Shown piece by piece: positions 42,001 through 54,400 of a stretch of DNA of 64,000 nt. A program made the translations under genes and the position numbers. The stretch's first letter is position 1. Each line of letters begins with the position of its first letter. The notes below the pieces were generated by a model. The model ran no database searches and was not told where the DNA came from. It was given only the letters and a program-made list of their open reading frames with translations. This DNA is from Eledone cirrhosa (Eukaryota): assembly GCA_964016885.1 (NCBI GenBank), contig OZ024742.1, positions 331,514,001 to 331,578,000 on the forward strand. Reading direction: 5' to 3'.

Positions 42001-45000
42001 GAACACTGAATATTGAAGGTTATTTCTGGCAGAAGAGAGGGTTTAGTGGCAGTTAGGGTGAACACTGAACACTGAATATTGAATATTGAAGGTTATTTAT
42101 GGCAGAAGAGAGGATTTAGTGGCAGTTGGGGTGAACACTGAACAGTGAATATTGAAGGTTATTTTTGCAGAAGAGAGGATTTAGTGGCAGTTGGGGTGAA
42201 CACTGAACACTGATCACTGAATATTGAAGGTTATTTTTGGCAGACGAGAGGATTTAGTGGCAGTTGGGGTGAACACTGAACACTGAATATTGAATATTGA
42301 AGGTTATTTTTGGCAGAAGAGAGGATTTAGTGGCAGTTGGGGTGAACACTTAACACTGAATATTGAATATTGAAGGTTATCTTTGCAGAAGAGAGGATTT
42401 AGTGGCAGTTGGTGTGAACACTGATCACTGAATATTGAATATTGAAGGTTATTTTTGCAGAAGAGAGGATTTAGTGGCAGTTGGGGTGAAGACTGAACAC
42501 TGAATATTGAATATTGAAGGTTATTTTTGCATAAGAGAGGATTTAGTGGCAGTTGGGTGAACACTGAACACTGAATATTGAAGGTTATTTTTGGCAGAAG
42601 AGAGGATTTAGTGGCAGTTTGGGTGAACACTGAACACTGAATATTGAATATTGAAGGTTATTTTTGGCAGAAGAGAGGAGTTAGTGGCAGTTGGGGTGAA
42701 CACTGAACACTGATTATTGAAGGTTATTTTTGGCAGAAGAGAGGATTTAGTGGCAGTTTCGGTGAACACTGAACTCTAAATATTGAATATTGAAGGTTAT
42801 TTTTGGCAGAAGAGAGGATTTAGTGGCAGTTGGGGTGAACACTGAACACTGAACACTGAATATTGAAGGTTATTTTTGGCAGAAGAGAGGATTTAGTGGC
42901 AGTTGGGGTGAACACTGAACATTGAATTTTGAATATTGAAGGTTATTTTTGGCAGAAGAGAGGATTTAGTGGCAGTTGGGGTGAACACTGAACAGTGAAC
43001 ACTGAATATTGAAGGTTATTTTTGGCAGAAGAGAGGATTTAGTGGCAGTTGGGGTGAACACTGAACACTGAATATTGAATATTGAAGGTTATTTTTGCAG
43101 AAGAGAAGATTTAGTGGCAGTTGGGGTGAACACTGAACACTGAATATTGAAGGTTATTTTCGGCAGAAGAGAGGATTTAGTGGCAGTTGGGGTGAACACT
43201 GAACACTGAATATTGAAGGTTATTTTTCCAGAAGAGAGGATTTAGTGGCCGTTGCGGTGAACACTGAACACTGAATATTGAATATTGAAGGTTATTTTTG
43301 CAGAAGACAGGATTTAGTGGCCGTTGCGGTGAACACTGAACACTGAATATTGAATATTGAAGGTTATTTTTGCAGAAGAGAGGATTTAGTGGCAATTGGG
43401 GTGAACACTGAACACTGAATATTGAAGGTTATTTTTGCAGAAGAGAGGATTTCGTGGCAGCTGGAGTGAACGCTGAACACTGAATATTGAATATTGAAGG
43501 TTATTTTTTCAGAAGAGAGGATTTAGTGGCAGTTGGGGTGAACACTGAACACTGAATATTGAATATTGAATGTTATTTTTGCAGAAGAGAGGATTTAGTG
43601 GCAGTTGGGGTGAACACTGAACACTGAATATTGAATATTGAAGGTTATTTTTGCAGAAGAGAGGATTTAGTGGCAGTTGGGGTTAACACTGAACACTGAA
43701 TATTGAATATTGAAGGTTATTTTTGCAGAAGAGAGGATTTAGTGGCAGTTGGGATGAACACTGAACACTGAATATTGAATATTGAAGGTTATTTTTGCGG
43801 GAAGAGAGGATTTAGTGGCAGTTGGGGTGAACACTGAACACTGAATATTGAATATTGAAGGTTATTTTTGCAGAAGAGAGGATTTAGTGGCAGTTGGGGT
43901 GAACAATGAACACTGAACACTGAATATTGAAGGTTATTTTTGCAGAAGAGAGGATTTAGTGGCAGTTGGGGTGAACACTGAACACTGAATATTGAATATT
44001 GAAGGTTATTTTTGCAGAAGAGAGGATTTAGTGGCAGTTGGGGTGAACACTGAACACTGAACACTGAATATTGAAGGTTATTTCTGGCAGAAGAGAGGAT
44101 TTAGTGGCAGTTAGGGTGAACACTGAACACTGAATATTGAATATTGAAGGTTATTTTTGGCAGAAGAGAGGATTTAGTGGCAGTTGGGGTGAACACTGAA
44201 CACTGAATATTGAAGGTTATTTTTGCAGAAGAGAGGATTCAGTGGAAGTTGGGGTGAACACTGAACACTGATCACTGAATATTGAAGGTTATTTTTGGCA
44301 GACGAGAGGATTTAGTGGCAGTTGGGGTGAACACTGAACACTGAATATTGAATATTGAAGGTTATTTTTGGCAGAAGAGAGGATTTAGTGGCAGTTGGGG
44401 TGAACACTGAACACTGAATATTGAATATTGAAGGTTATCTTTGCAGAAGAGAGGATTTAGTGGCAGTTGGGGTGAACACTGATCACTGAATATTGAATAT
44501 TGAAGGTTATTTTTGCAGAAGAGAGGATTTAGTGGCAGTTGGGGTGAAGACTGAACACTGAATATTGAATATTGAAGGTTATTTTTGCATAAGAGAGGAT
44601 TTAGTGGCAGTTGGGTGAACACTGAACGCTGAACACTGAATATTGAAGGTTCTTTTTGCAGAAGAGAGGATTTAGTGGCAGTTGGGGTGAACACTGAACA
44701 CTGAATATTGAAGGTTATTTTTGGCAGAAGAGAGGATTTAGTGGCAGTTTGGGTGAACACTGAACACTGAATATTGAATATTGAAGGTTATTTTTGGCAG
44801 AAGAGAGGATTTAGTGGCAGTTGGGGTGAACACTGCACACTGAATATTGAAGGTTATTTTTGGCAGAAGATAGGATTTAGTGGCAGTTGGGGTGAACACT
44901 GAACACTGAACACTGAATATGGAAGTTTATTTTTGGCAGAAGAGAGGATTTAGTGGCAGTTGGGGTGAACACTAAACACTGAACACTGAATATTGAAGGT

Positions 45001-48000
45001 TATTTTTGCAGAAGAGAGGATTTAGTGGCAGTTGGGGTGAACACTGAACACTGAACACTGAATATTGAAGGTTATTTTTGGCAGAAGAGAGGATTTAGTG
45101 GCAGTTGGGGTGAACACTGAACAGTGAACACTGAATATTGAAGGTTATTTTCGGCAGAAGAGAGGATTTAGTGGCAGTTGGGCTGAACACTGAACACTGA
45201 ATATTGAAGGTTATTTTTCAAGAAGAGAGGATTTAGTGGCAGTTGGGGTGAACACTGAACACTGAATATTGAATATTGAAGGTTATTTTTGCAGAAGAGA
45301 GGATTTAGTGGCAGTTGGGGTGAACACTGAACACTGAATATTGAAGGTTATTTCTGGCAGAAGAGAGGATTTAGTGGCAGTTAGGGTGAACACTGAACAC
45401 TGAATATTGAATATTGAAGGTTATTTTTGGCAGAAGAGAGGATTTAGTGGCAGTTGGGGTGAACACTGAACACTGAATATTGAAGGTTATTTTTGCAGAA
45501 GAGAGGATTTAGTGGCAGTTGGGGTGAACACTGAACACTGATCACTGAATATTGAAGGTTATTTTTGGCAGACGAGAGGATTTAGTGGCAGTTGGGGTGA
45601 ACACTGAACACTGAATATTGAATATTGAAGGTTATTTTTGGCAGAAGAGAGGATTTAGTGGCAGTTGGGGTGAACACTGAACACTGAATATTGAATATTG
45701 AAGGTTATCTTTGCAGAAGAGAGGATTTAGTGGCAGTTGGGGTGAATACTGATCACTGAATATTGAATATTGAAGGTTATTTTTGCAGAAGAGAGGATTT
45801 AGTGGCAGTTGGGGTGAAGACTGAACACTGAATATTGAATATTGAAGGTTATTTTTGCATAAGAGAGGATTTAGTGGCAGTTGGGTGAACACTGAACGCT
45901 GAACACTGAATATTGAAGGTTCTTTTTGCAGAAGAGAGGATTTGGTGGCAGTTGGGGTGAACAATGAACACTGAATATTGAAGGTTATTTTTGGCAGAAG
46001 AGAGGATTTAGTGGCAGTTTGGGTGAACACTGAACACTGAATATTGAATATTGAAGGTTATTTTTGGCAGAAGAGAGGATTTAGTGGCATTTGGGGTGAA
46101 CACTGAACACTGATTATTGAAGGTTATTTTGGCAGAAGAGAGGATTTAGTGGCAGTTTGGGTGAACACTGAACACTGAATATTGAATATTGAAGGTTATT
46201 TTTCGCAGAAGAGAGGATTTAGTGGCAGTTGGGGTGAACACTGCACACTGAATATTGAAGGTTATTTTTGGCAGAAGATAGGATTTAGTGGCAGTTGGGG
46301 TGAACACTGAACACTGAACACTGAATATTGAAGGTTATTTTTGGCAGAAGAGAGGATTTAGTGGCAGTTGGGGTGAACACTAAACACTGAACACTGAATA
46401 TTGAAGGTTATTATTGCAGAAGAGAGGATTTTGTGGCAGTTGGGGTGAACACTGAACACTGAACACTGAATATTGAAGGTTATTTTTGGCAGAAGAGAGG
46501 ATTTAGTGGCAGTTGGGGTGAACACTGAACAGTGAACACTGAATATTGAAGGTTATTTTTGGCAGAAGAGAGGATTTAGTGGCAGTTGGGGTGAACACTG
46601 AACACTGAATATTGAATATTGAAGATTATTTTTGCAGAAGAGAAGATTTAGTGGCAGTTGGGGTGAACACTGAACACTGAATATTGAAGGTTATTTTCGG
46701 CAGAAGAGAGGATTTAGTGGCAGTTGGGCTGAACACTGAACACTGAATATTGAAGGTTATTTTTCAAGAAGAGAGGATTTAGTGGCAGTTGGGGTGAACA
46801 CTGAACACTGAATATTGAATATTGAAGGTTATTTGTGGCAGAAGAGAGGATTTAGTGGCAGTTGGGGTGAACACTGAACACTGAATATTGAAGGTTATTT
46901 TTGCAGAAGAGAGGATTTAGTGGCAGTTGGGGTGAACACTGAACACTGATCACTGAATATTGAAGGTTATTTATGGCAGACGAGAGGATTTAGTGGCAGT
47001 TGGGGTGAACACTGAACACTGAATATTGAATATTGAAGGTTATCTTTGCAGAAGAGAGGGTTTAGTGGCAGTTGGGGTGAACACTGATCACTGAATATTG
47101 AATATTGAAGGTTATTTTTGCATAAGAGAGGATTTAGTGGCAGTTGGGTGAACACTGAACACTGATCACTGAATATTGAAGGTTATTTATGGCAGACGAG
47201 AGGATTTAGTGGCAGTTGGGGTGAAGACTGAACACTGAATATTGAATATTGAAGGTTATTTTTGCATAAGAGAGGATTTAGTGGCAGTTGGGTGAACACT
47301 GAACGCTGAACACTGAATATTGAAGGTTCTTTTTGCAGAAGAGAGGATTTAGTGTCCGTTGCGGTGAACACTGAACACTGAATATTGAAGGTTATTTTTG
47401 GCAGAAGAGAGGATTTAGTGGCAGTTGGGGTGAACACTGAACACTGAATATTGAAGGTTATTTTTGGCAGAAGATAGGATTTAGTGGCAGTTGGGGTGAA
47501 CACTGAACACTGAACACTGAATATTGAAGGTTATTTTTGGCAGAAGAGAGGATTTAGTGGCAGTTGGGGTGAACACTAAACACTGAACACTGAATATTGA
47601 AGGTTATTTTTGCAGAAGAGAGGATTTAGTGGCAGTTGGGGTGAACACTGAACACTGAACACTGAATATTGAAGGTTATTTTTGGCAGAAGGGAGGATTT
47701 AGTGGCAGTTGGGGTGAACACTGAACAGTGAACACTGAATATTGAAGGTTATTTTTGGCAGAAGAGAGGATTTAGTGGCAGTTGGGGTGAACACTGAACA
47801 CTGAATATTGAATATTGAAGGTTATTTTTGCAGAAGAGAAGATTTAGTGGCAGTTGGGGTGAACACTGAACACTGAATATTGAAGGTTATTTTCGGCAGA
47901 AGAGGGGATTTAGTGGCAGTTGGGCTGAACACTGAACGCTGAATATTGAAGGTTATTTTTCCAGAAGAGAGGATTTAGTGGCCGTTGCGGTGAACACTGA

Positions 48001-48429
48001 ACACTGAATATTGAATATTGAAGGTTATTTTTGCAGAAGACAGGATTTAGTGGCCGTTGCGGTGAACACTGAACACTGAATATTGAATATTGAAGGTTAT
48101 TTTTGCAGAAGAGAGGATTTAGTGGCAATTGGGGTGAACACTGAACACTGAATATTGAAGGTTATTTTTGCAGAAGAGAGGATTTCGTGGCAGTTGGAGT
48201 GAACGCTGAACACTGAATATTGAATATTGAAGGTTATTTTTTCAGAAGAGAGGATTTAGTGGCAGTTGGGGTGAACACTGAACAGTGAATATTGAATATT
48301 GAATGTTATTTTTGCAGAAGAGAGGATTTAGTGGCAGTTGGGGTTAACACTGAACACTGAATATTGAATATTGAAGGTTATTTTTGCAGAAGAGAGGATT
48401 TAGTGGCAGTTGGGATGAACACTGAACAC

Positions 48430-50170
48430 TGAATATTGAATATTGAAGGTTATTTTTGCAGAAGAGAGGATTTAGTGGCAGTTGGGGTGAACACTGAACA
48501 CTGAATATTGAATATTGAAGGTTATTTTTGCAGAAGAGAGGATTTAGTGGCAGTTGGGGTGAACACTGAACACTGAATATTGAAGGTTATTTTTGGCAGA
48601 AGAGAGGATTTAGTGGCAGTTGGGGTGAACACTGAACACTGAACACTGAATATTGAAGGTTATTTTTGGCAGAAGAGAGGATTTAGTGGCAGTTGGGGTG
48701 AACACTAAACACTGAACACTGAATATTGAAGGTTATTTTTGCAGAGGAGAGGATTTAGTGGCTGTTGGGGTGAACACTGAACACTGAACACTGAATATTG
48801 AAGGTTATTTTTGGCAGAAGAGAGGATTTAGTGGCAGTTGGGGTGAACACTGAACATTGAATTTTGAATATTGAAGGTTATTTTTGGCAGAAGAGAGGAT
48901 TTAGTGGCAGTTGGGGTGAACACTAAACACTGAACACTGAATATTGAAGGTTATTTTTGCAGAAGAGAGGATTTAGTGGCAGTTGGGGTGAACACTGAAC
49001 ACTGAATATTGAAGGTTATTTGTCCAGAAGAGAGGATTTAGTGTCCGTTGCGGTGAACAATGAACACTGAATATTGAATATTGAAGGTTATTTTTGCAGA
49101 AGACAGGATTTAGTGGCCGTTGCGGTGAAGACTGAACACTGAATATTGAATATTGAAGGTTATTTTTGCAGAAGAGAGGATTTAGTGGCAATTAGGGTGA
49201 ACACTGAACACTGAATATTGAAGGTTATTTTTGCAGAAGAGAGGATTTAGTGGCAGTTGGAGTGAACACTGAACACTGAATATTGAATATTGAAGGTTAT
49301 TTTTGCAGAAGAGAGGATTTAGTGGCAGTTGGGGTGAACACTGAACACTGAATATTGAATATTGAAGGTTATTTTTGCAGAAGAGAGGATTTAGTGGCAG
49401 TTGGGGTGAACACTGAACACTGAATATTGAAGGTTATTTTTGGCAGAAGAGAGGATTTAGTGGCAGTTGGGGTGAACACTGAACACTGAACACTGAATAT
49501 TGAAGGTTATTTTTGGCAGAAGAGAGGATTTAGTGGCAGTTGGGGTGAACACTAAACACTGAACACTGAATATTGAAGGTTATTTTTGCAGAAGAGAGGA
49601 TTTAGTGGCTGTTGGGGTGAACACTGAACACTGAACACTGAATATTGAAGGTTATTTTTGGCAGAAGAGAGGATTTAGTGGCAGTTGGGGTGAACACTGA
49701 ACATTGAATTTTGAATATTGAAGGTTATTTTTGGCAGAAGAGAGGATTTAGTGGCAGTTGGGGTGAACACTAAACACTGAACACTGAATATTGAAGGTTA
49801 TTTTTGCAGAAGAGAGGATTTAGTGGCAGTTGGGGTGAACACTGAACACTGAATATTGAAGGTTATTTGTCCAGAAGAGAGGATTTAGTGTCCGTTGCGG
49901 TGAACAATGAACACTGAATATTGAATATTGAAGGTTATTTTTGCAGAAGACAGGATTTAGTGGCCGTTGCGGTGAAGACTGAACACTGAATATTGAATAT
50001 TGAAGGTTATTTTTGCAGAAGAGAGGATTTAGTGGCAATTAGGTTGAACACTGAACACTGAATATTGAAGGTTATTTTTGCAGAAGAGAGGATTTAGTGG
50101 CAGTTGGAGTGAACACTGAACACTGAATATTGAATATTGAAGGTTATTTTTGCAGAAGAGAGGATTTAGT
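48430..50170. repeat. Tandem duplication, period 847 bp (about 12 monomers)
   Basis: Identical pseudo-ORFs at 48973/49820; TTTGTCCAG...GTGTCCGTTGCGG in both copies. Boundaries approximate. Confidence 0.85.
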
Positions 50171-51474
50171 GGCAGTTGGGTTGAACACTGAACACTGAAT
50201 ATTGAATATTGAAGGTTATTTTTGCAGAAGAGAGGATTTAGTGGCAGTTGGGGTGAACACTGAACACTGAATATTGAATATTGAAGGTTATTTTTGCAGA
50301 AGAGAGGATTTAGTGGCAGTTGGGGTTAACACTGAACACTGAATATTGAATATTGAAGGTTATTTTTGCAGAAGAGAGGATTTAGTGGCAGTTGGGGTGA
50401 ACACTGAACACTGAATATTGAATATTGAAGGTTATTTTTGCAGAAGAGAGGATTTAGTGGCAGTTGGGGTGAACAATGAACACTGAATATTGAATATTGA
50501 AGATTATTTTTGCAGAAGAGAGGATTTAGTGGCAGTTGGGGTGAACACTGAACACTGAATATTGAAGGTTATTTTTGGCAGAAGAGAGGATTTAGTGGCA
50601 GTTGGGATGAACACTGAACACTGAACACTGAATATTGAATGTTATTTTTGGCAGAAGAGAGGATTTAGTGGCAGTTGGGGTGAACACTATACACTGAACA
50701 CTGAATATTGAAGGTTATTTTTGAAGAGGAGATGATTTAGTGGCAGTTGGGGTGAACACTGAACACTGAACACTGAATATTGAAGGTTATTTTTGGCAGA
50801 AGAGAAGATTTAGTGGCAGTTGGGGTGAACACTGAACATTGAATTTTGAATATTGAAGGTTATTTTTGGCAGAAGAGAGGATTTAGTGGCAGTTGGGGTG
50901 AACACTGAACAGTGAACACTGAATATTGAAGGTTATTTTTGGCAGAAGAGAGGATTTAGTGACAGTTGGGGTGAACACTGAACGCTGAACATTGAATATT
51001 GAAGGTTAATTTTGCAGAAGAGAGGATTTAGTGGCAGTTGGGGTGAACACTGAACACTGAACTCTGAATACTGAACACTGAATATTGAAGGTTATTTTTG
51101 GCAGAAGAGAGGATTTAGTGGCAGTTGGGGTGAACACTGAACACTGAATAGTGAAGGTTATTTTTGGCAGAAGAGAGGATTTAGTGGCAGTTGTGGTGAA
51201 CACTGAACACTGAACACTGAATATTGAAGGTTATTTTTGGCAGAAGAGAGGATTTAGTGGCAGTTGGGGTGAACACTGAACACTGAATATTGAATATTGA
51301 AGGTTATTTTTGCAGAAGAGAAGATTTAGTGGCAGTTGGGGTGAACACTGAACACTGAACATTGAAGGTGATTTTTGGCAGAAGAGAGGATTTAGTGGCA
51401 GTTGGGGTGAACACTGAACACTGAATAGTGAAGGTTATTTTTGGCAGAAGAGAGGATTTAGTGGCAGTTGTGGT

Positions 51475-54400
51475 GAACACTGAACACTGAACACTGAATA
51501 TTGAAGATTATTTTTGGCAGAAGAGAGGATTTAGTGGCAGTTGGGGTGAACACTAAACACTGAACACTGAATATTGAAGGTTATTTTTGCAGAAGAGAGG
51601 ATTTAGTGGCAGTTGGGGTGAACACTGAACACTGAACACTGAATATTGAAGGTTATTTTTGGCAGAAGAGAGGATTTAGTGGCAGTTGGGGTGAACACTA
51701 AACACTGAACACTGAATATTGAAGGTTATTTTTGCAGAAGAGAGGATTTAGTGGCAGTTGGGGTGAACACTGAACACTGAATATTGAATATTGAAGGTTA
51801 TTTTTGCAGAAGAGAGGATTTAGTGGCAGTTGGGGTGAACAATGAACACTGAATATTGAATATTGAAGATTATTTTTGCAGAAGAGAGGATTTAGTGGCA
51901 GTTGGGGTGAACACTGAACACTGAATATTGAAGGTTATTTTTGGCAGAAGAGAGGATTTAGTGGCAGTTGGGATGAACACTGAACACTGAACACTGAATA
52001 TTGAATGTTATTTTTGGCAGAAGAGAGGATTTAGTGGCAGTTGGGGTGAACACTATACACTGAACACTGAATATTGAAGGTTATTTTTGAAGAGGAGATG
52101 ATTTAGTGGCAGTTGGGGTGAACACTGAACACTGAACACTGAATATTGAAGGTTATTTTTGGCAGAAGAGAAGATTTAGTGGCAGTTGGGGTGAACACTG
52201 AACATTGAATTTTGAATATTGAAGGTTATTTTTGGCAGAAGAGAGGATTTAGTGGCAGTTGGGGTGAACACTGAACAGTGAACACTGAATATTGAAGGTT
52301 ATTTTTGGCAGAAGAGAGGATTTAGTGACAGTTGGGGTGAACACTGAACGCTGAACATTGAATATTGAAGGTTAATTTTGCAGAAGAGAGGATTTAGTGG
52401 CAGTTGGGGTGAACACTGAACACTGAACTCTGAATACTGAACACTGAATATTGAAGGTTATTTTTGGCAGAAGAGAGGATTTAGTGGCAGTTGGGGTGAA
52501 CACTGAACACTGAATAGTGAAGGTTATTTTTGGCAGAAGAGAGGATTTAGTGGCAGTTGGGGTGAACACTGAACAGTGAACACTGAATATTGAAGGTTAT
52601 TTTTGGCAGAAGAGAGGATTTAGTGGCAGTTGGGGTGAACACTGAACACTGAATATTGAATATTGAAGGTTATTTTTGCAGAAGAGAAGATTTAGTGGCA
52701 GTTGGGGTGAACACTGAACACTGAACATTGAAGGTGATTTTTGGCAGAAGAGAGGATTTAGTGGCAGTTGGGGTGAACACTGAACACTGAATAGTGAAGG
52801 TTATTTTTGGCAGAAGAGAGGATTTAGTGGCAGTTGTGGTGAACACTGAACACTGAACACTGAATATTGAAGATTATTTTTGGCAGAAGAGAGGATTTAG
52901 TGGCAGTTGGGGTGAACACTAAACACTGAACACTGAATATTGAAGGTTATTTTTGCAGAAGAGAGGATTTAGTGGCAGTTGGGGTGAACACTGAACACTG
53001 AACACTGAATATTGAAGGTTATTTTTGGCAGAAGAGAGGATTTAGTGGCAGTTGGGGTGAACACTAAACACTGAACACTGAATATTGAAGGTTATTTTTG
53101 CAGAAGAGAGGATTTAGTGGCAGTTGGGGTGAACACTGAACACTGAACACTGAATATTGAAGGTTATTTTTGGCAGAAGGGAGGATTTAGTGGCAGTTGG
53201 GGTGAACACTGAACAGTGAACACTGAATATTGAAGGTTATTTTTGGCAGAAGAGAGGATTTAGTGGCAGTTGGGGTGAACACTGAACACTGAATATTGAA
53301 TATTGAAGGTTATTTTTGCAGAAGAGAAGATTTAGTGGCAGTTGGGGTGAACACTGAACACTGAATATTGAAGGTTATTTTCGGCAGAAGAGGGGATTTA
53401 GTGGCAGTTGGGCTGAACACTGAACACTGAATATTGAAGGTTATTTTTCCAGAATAGAGGATTTAGTGGCCGTTGCGGTGAACACTGAACACTGAATATT
53501 GAATATTGAAGGTTATTTTTGCAGAAGACAGGATTTAGTGGCCGTTGCGGTGAACACTGAACACTGAATATTGAATATTGAAGGTTATGTTTGCAGAAGA
53601 GAGGATTTAGTGGCAATTGGGGTGAACACTGAACACTGAATATTGAAGGTTATTTTTGCAGAAGAGAGGATTTCGTGGCAGTTGGAGTGAACGCTGAACA
53701 CTGAATATTGAATATTGAAGGTTATTTTTTCAGAAGAGAGGATTTAGTGGCAGTTGGGGTGAACACTGAACAGTGAATATTGAATATTGAATGTTATTTT
53801 TGCAGAAGAGAGGATTTAGTGGCAGTTGGGGTTAACACTGAACACTGAATATTGAATATTGAAGGTTATTTTTGCAGAAGAGAGGATTTAGTGGCAGTTG
53901 GGATGAACACTGAACACTGAATATTGAATATTGAAGGTTATTTTTGCAGAAGAGAGGATTTAGTGGCAGTTGGGGTGAACACTGAACACTGAATATTGAA
54001 TATTGAAGGTTATTTTTGCAGAAGAGAGGATTTAGTGGCAGTTGGGGTGAACACTGAACACTGAATATTGAAGGTTATTTTTGGCAGAAGAGAGGATTTA
54101 GTGGCAGTTGGGGTGAACACTGAACACTGAACACTGAATATTGAAGGTTATTTTTGGCAGAAGAGAGGATTTAGTGGCAGTTGGGGTGAACACTAAACAC
54201 TGAACACTGAATATTGAAGGTTATTTTTGCAGAAGAGAGGATTTAGTGGCTGTTGGGGTGAACACTGAACACTGAACACTGAATATTGAAGGTTATTTTT
54301 GGCAGAAGAGAGGATTTAGTGGCAGTTGGGGTGAACACTGAACATTGAATTTTGAATATTGAAGGTTATTTTTGGCAGAAGAGAGGATTTAGTGGCAGTT

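Larger units (their letters stand above)
21701..47340. repeat. Satellite sub-domain B
   Basis: GTGAAGACTG first appears at about 21745, TTTTCGGC at about 22487, followed by TTTTCAAG, ACTGCACAC and GATTTTGTGG. Keeps TGATCAC/AGACGAG, TATCTTTGC and CATAAG...TTGGGTG up to about 47.3 kb. No 59-bp monomers seen. Confidence 0.75.

Noticed and set aside
7681-46135. Singleton 1-bp indels (about 7690, 8301, 41531, 43800, 46130)
   Set aside because: They are not shared by duplicated copies and could be sequencing or consensus errors, unlike the 3-bp deletion (about 29175/35254) and T6 run (about 30732/36950) seen in both copies.
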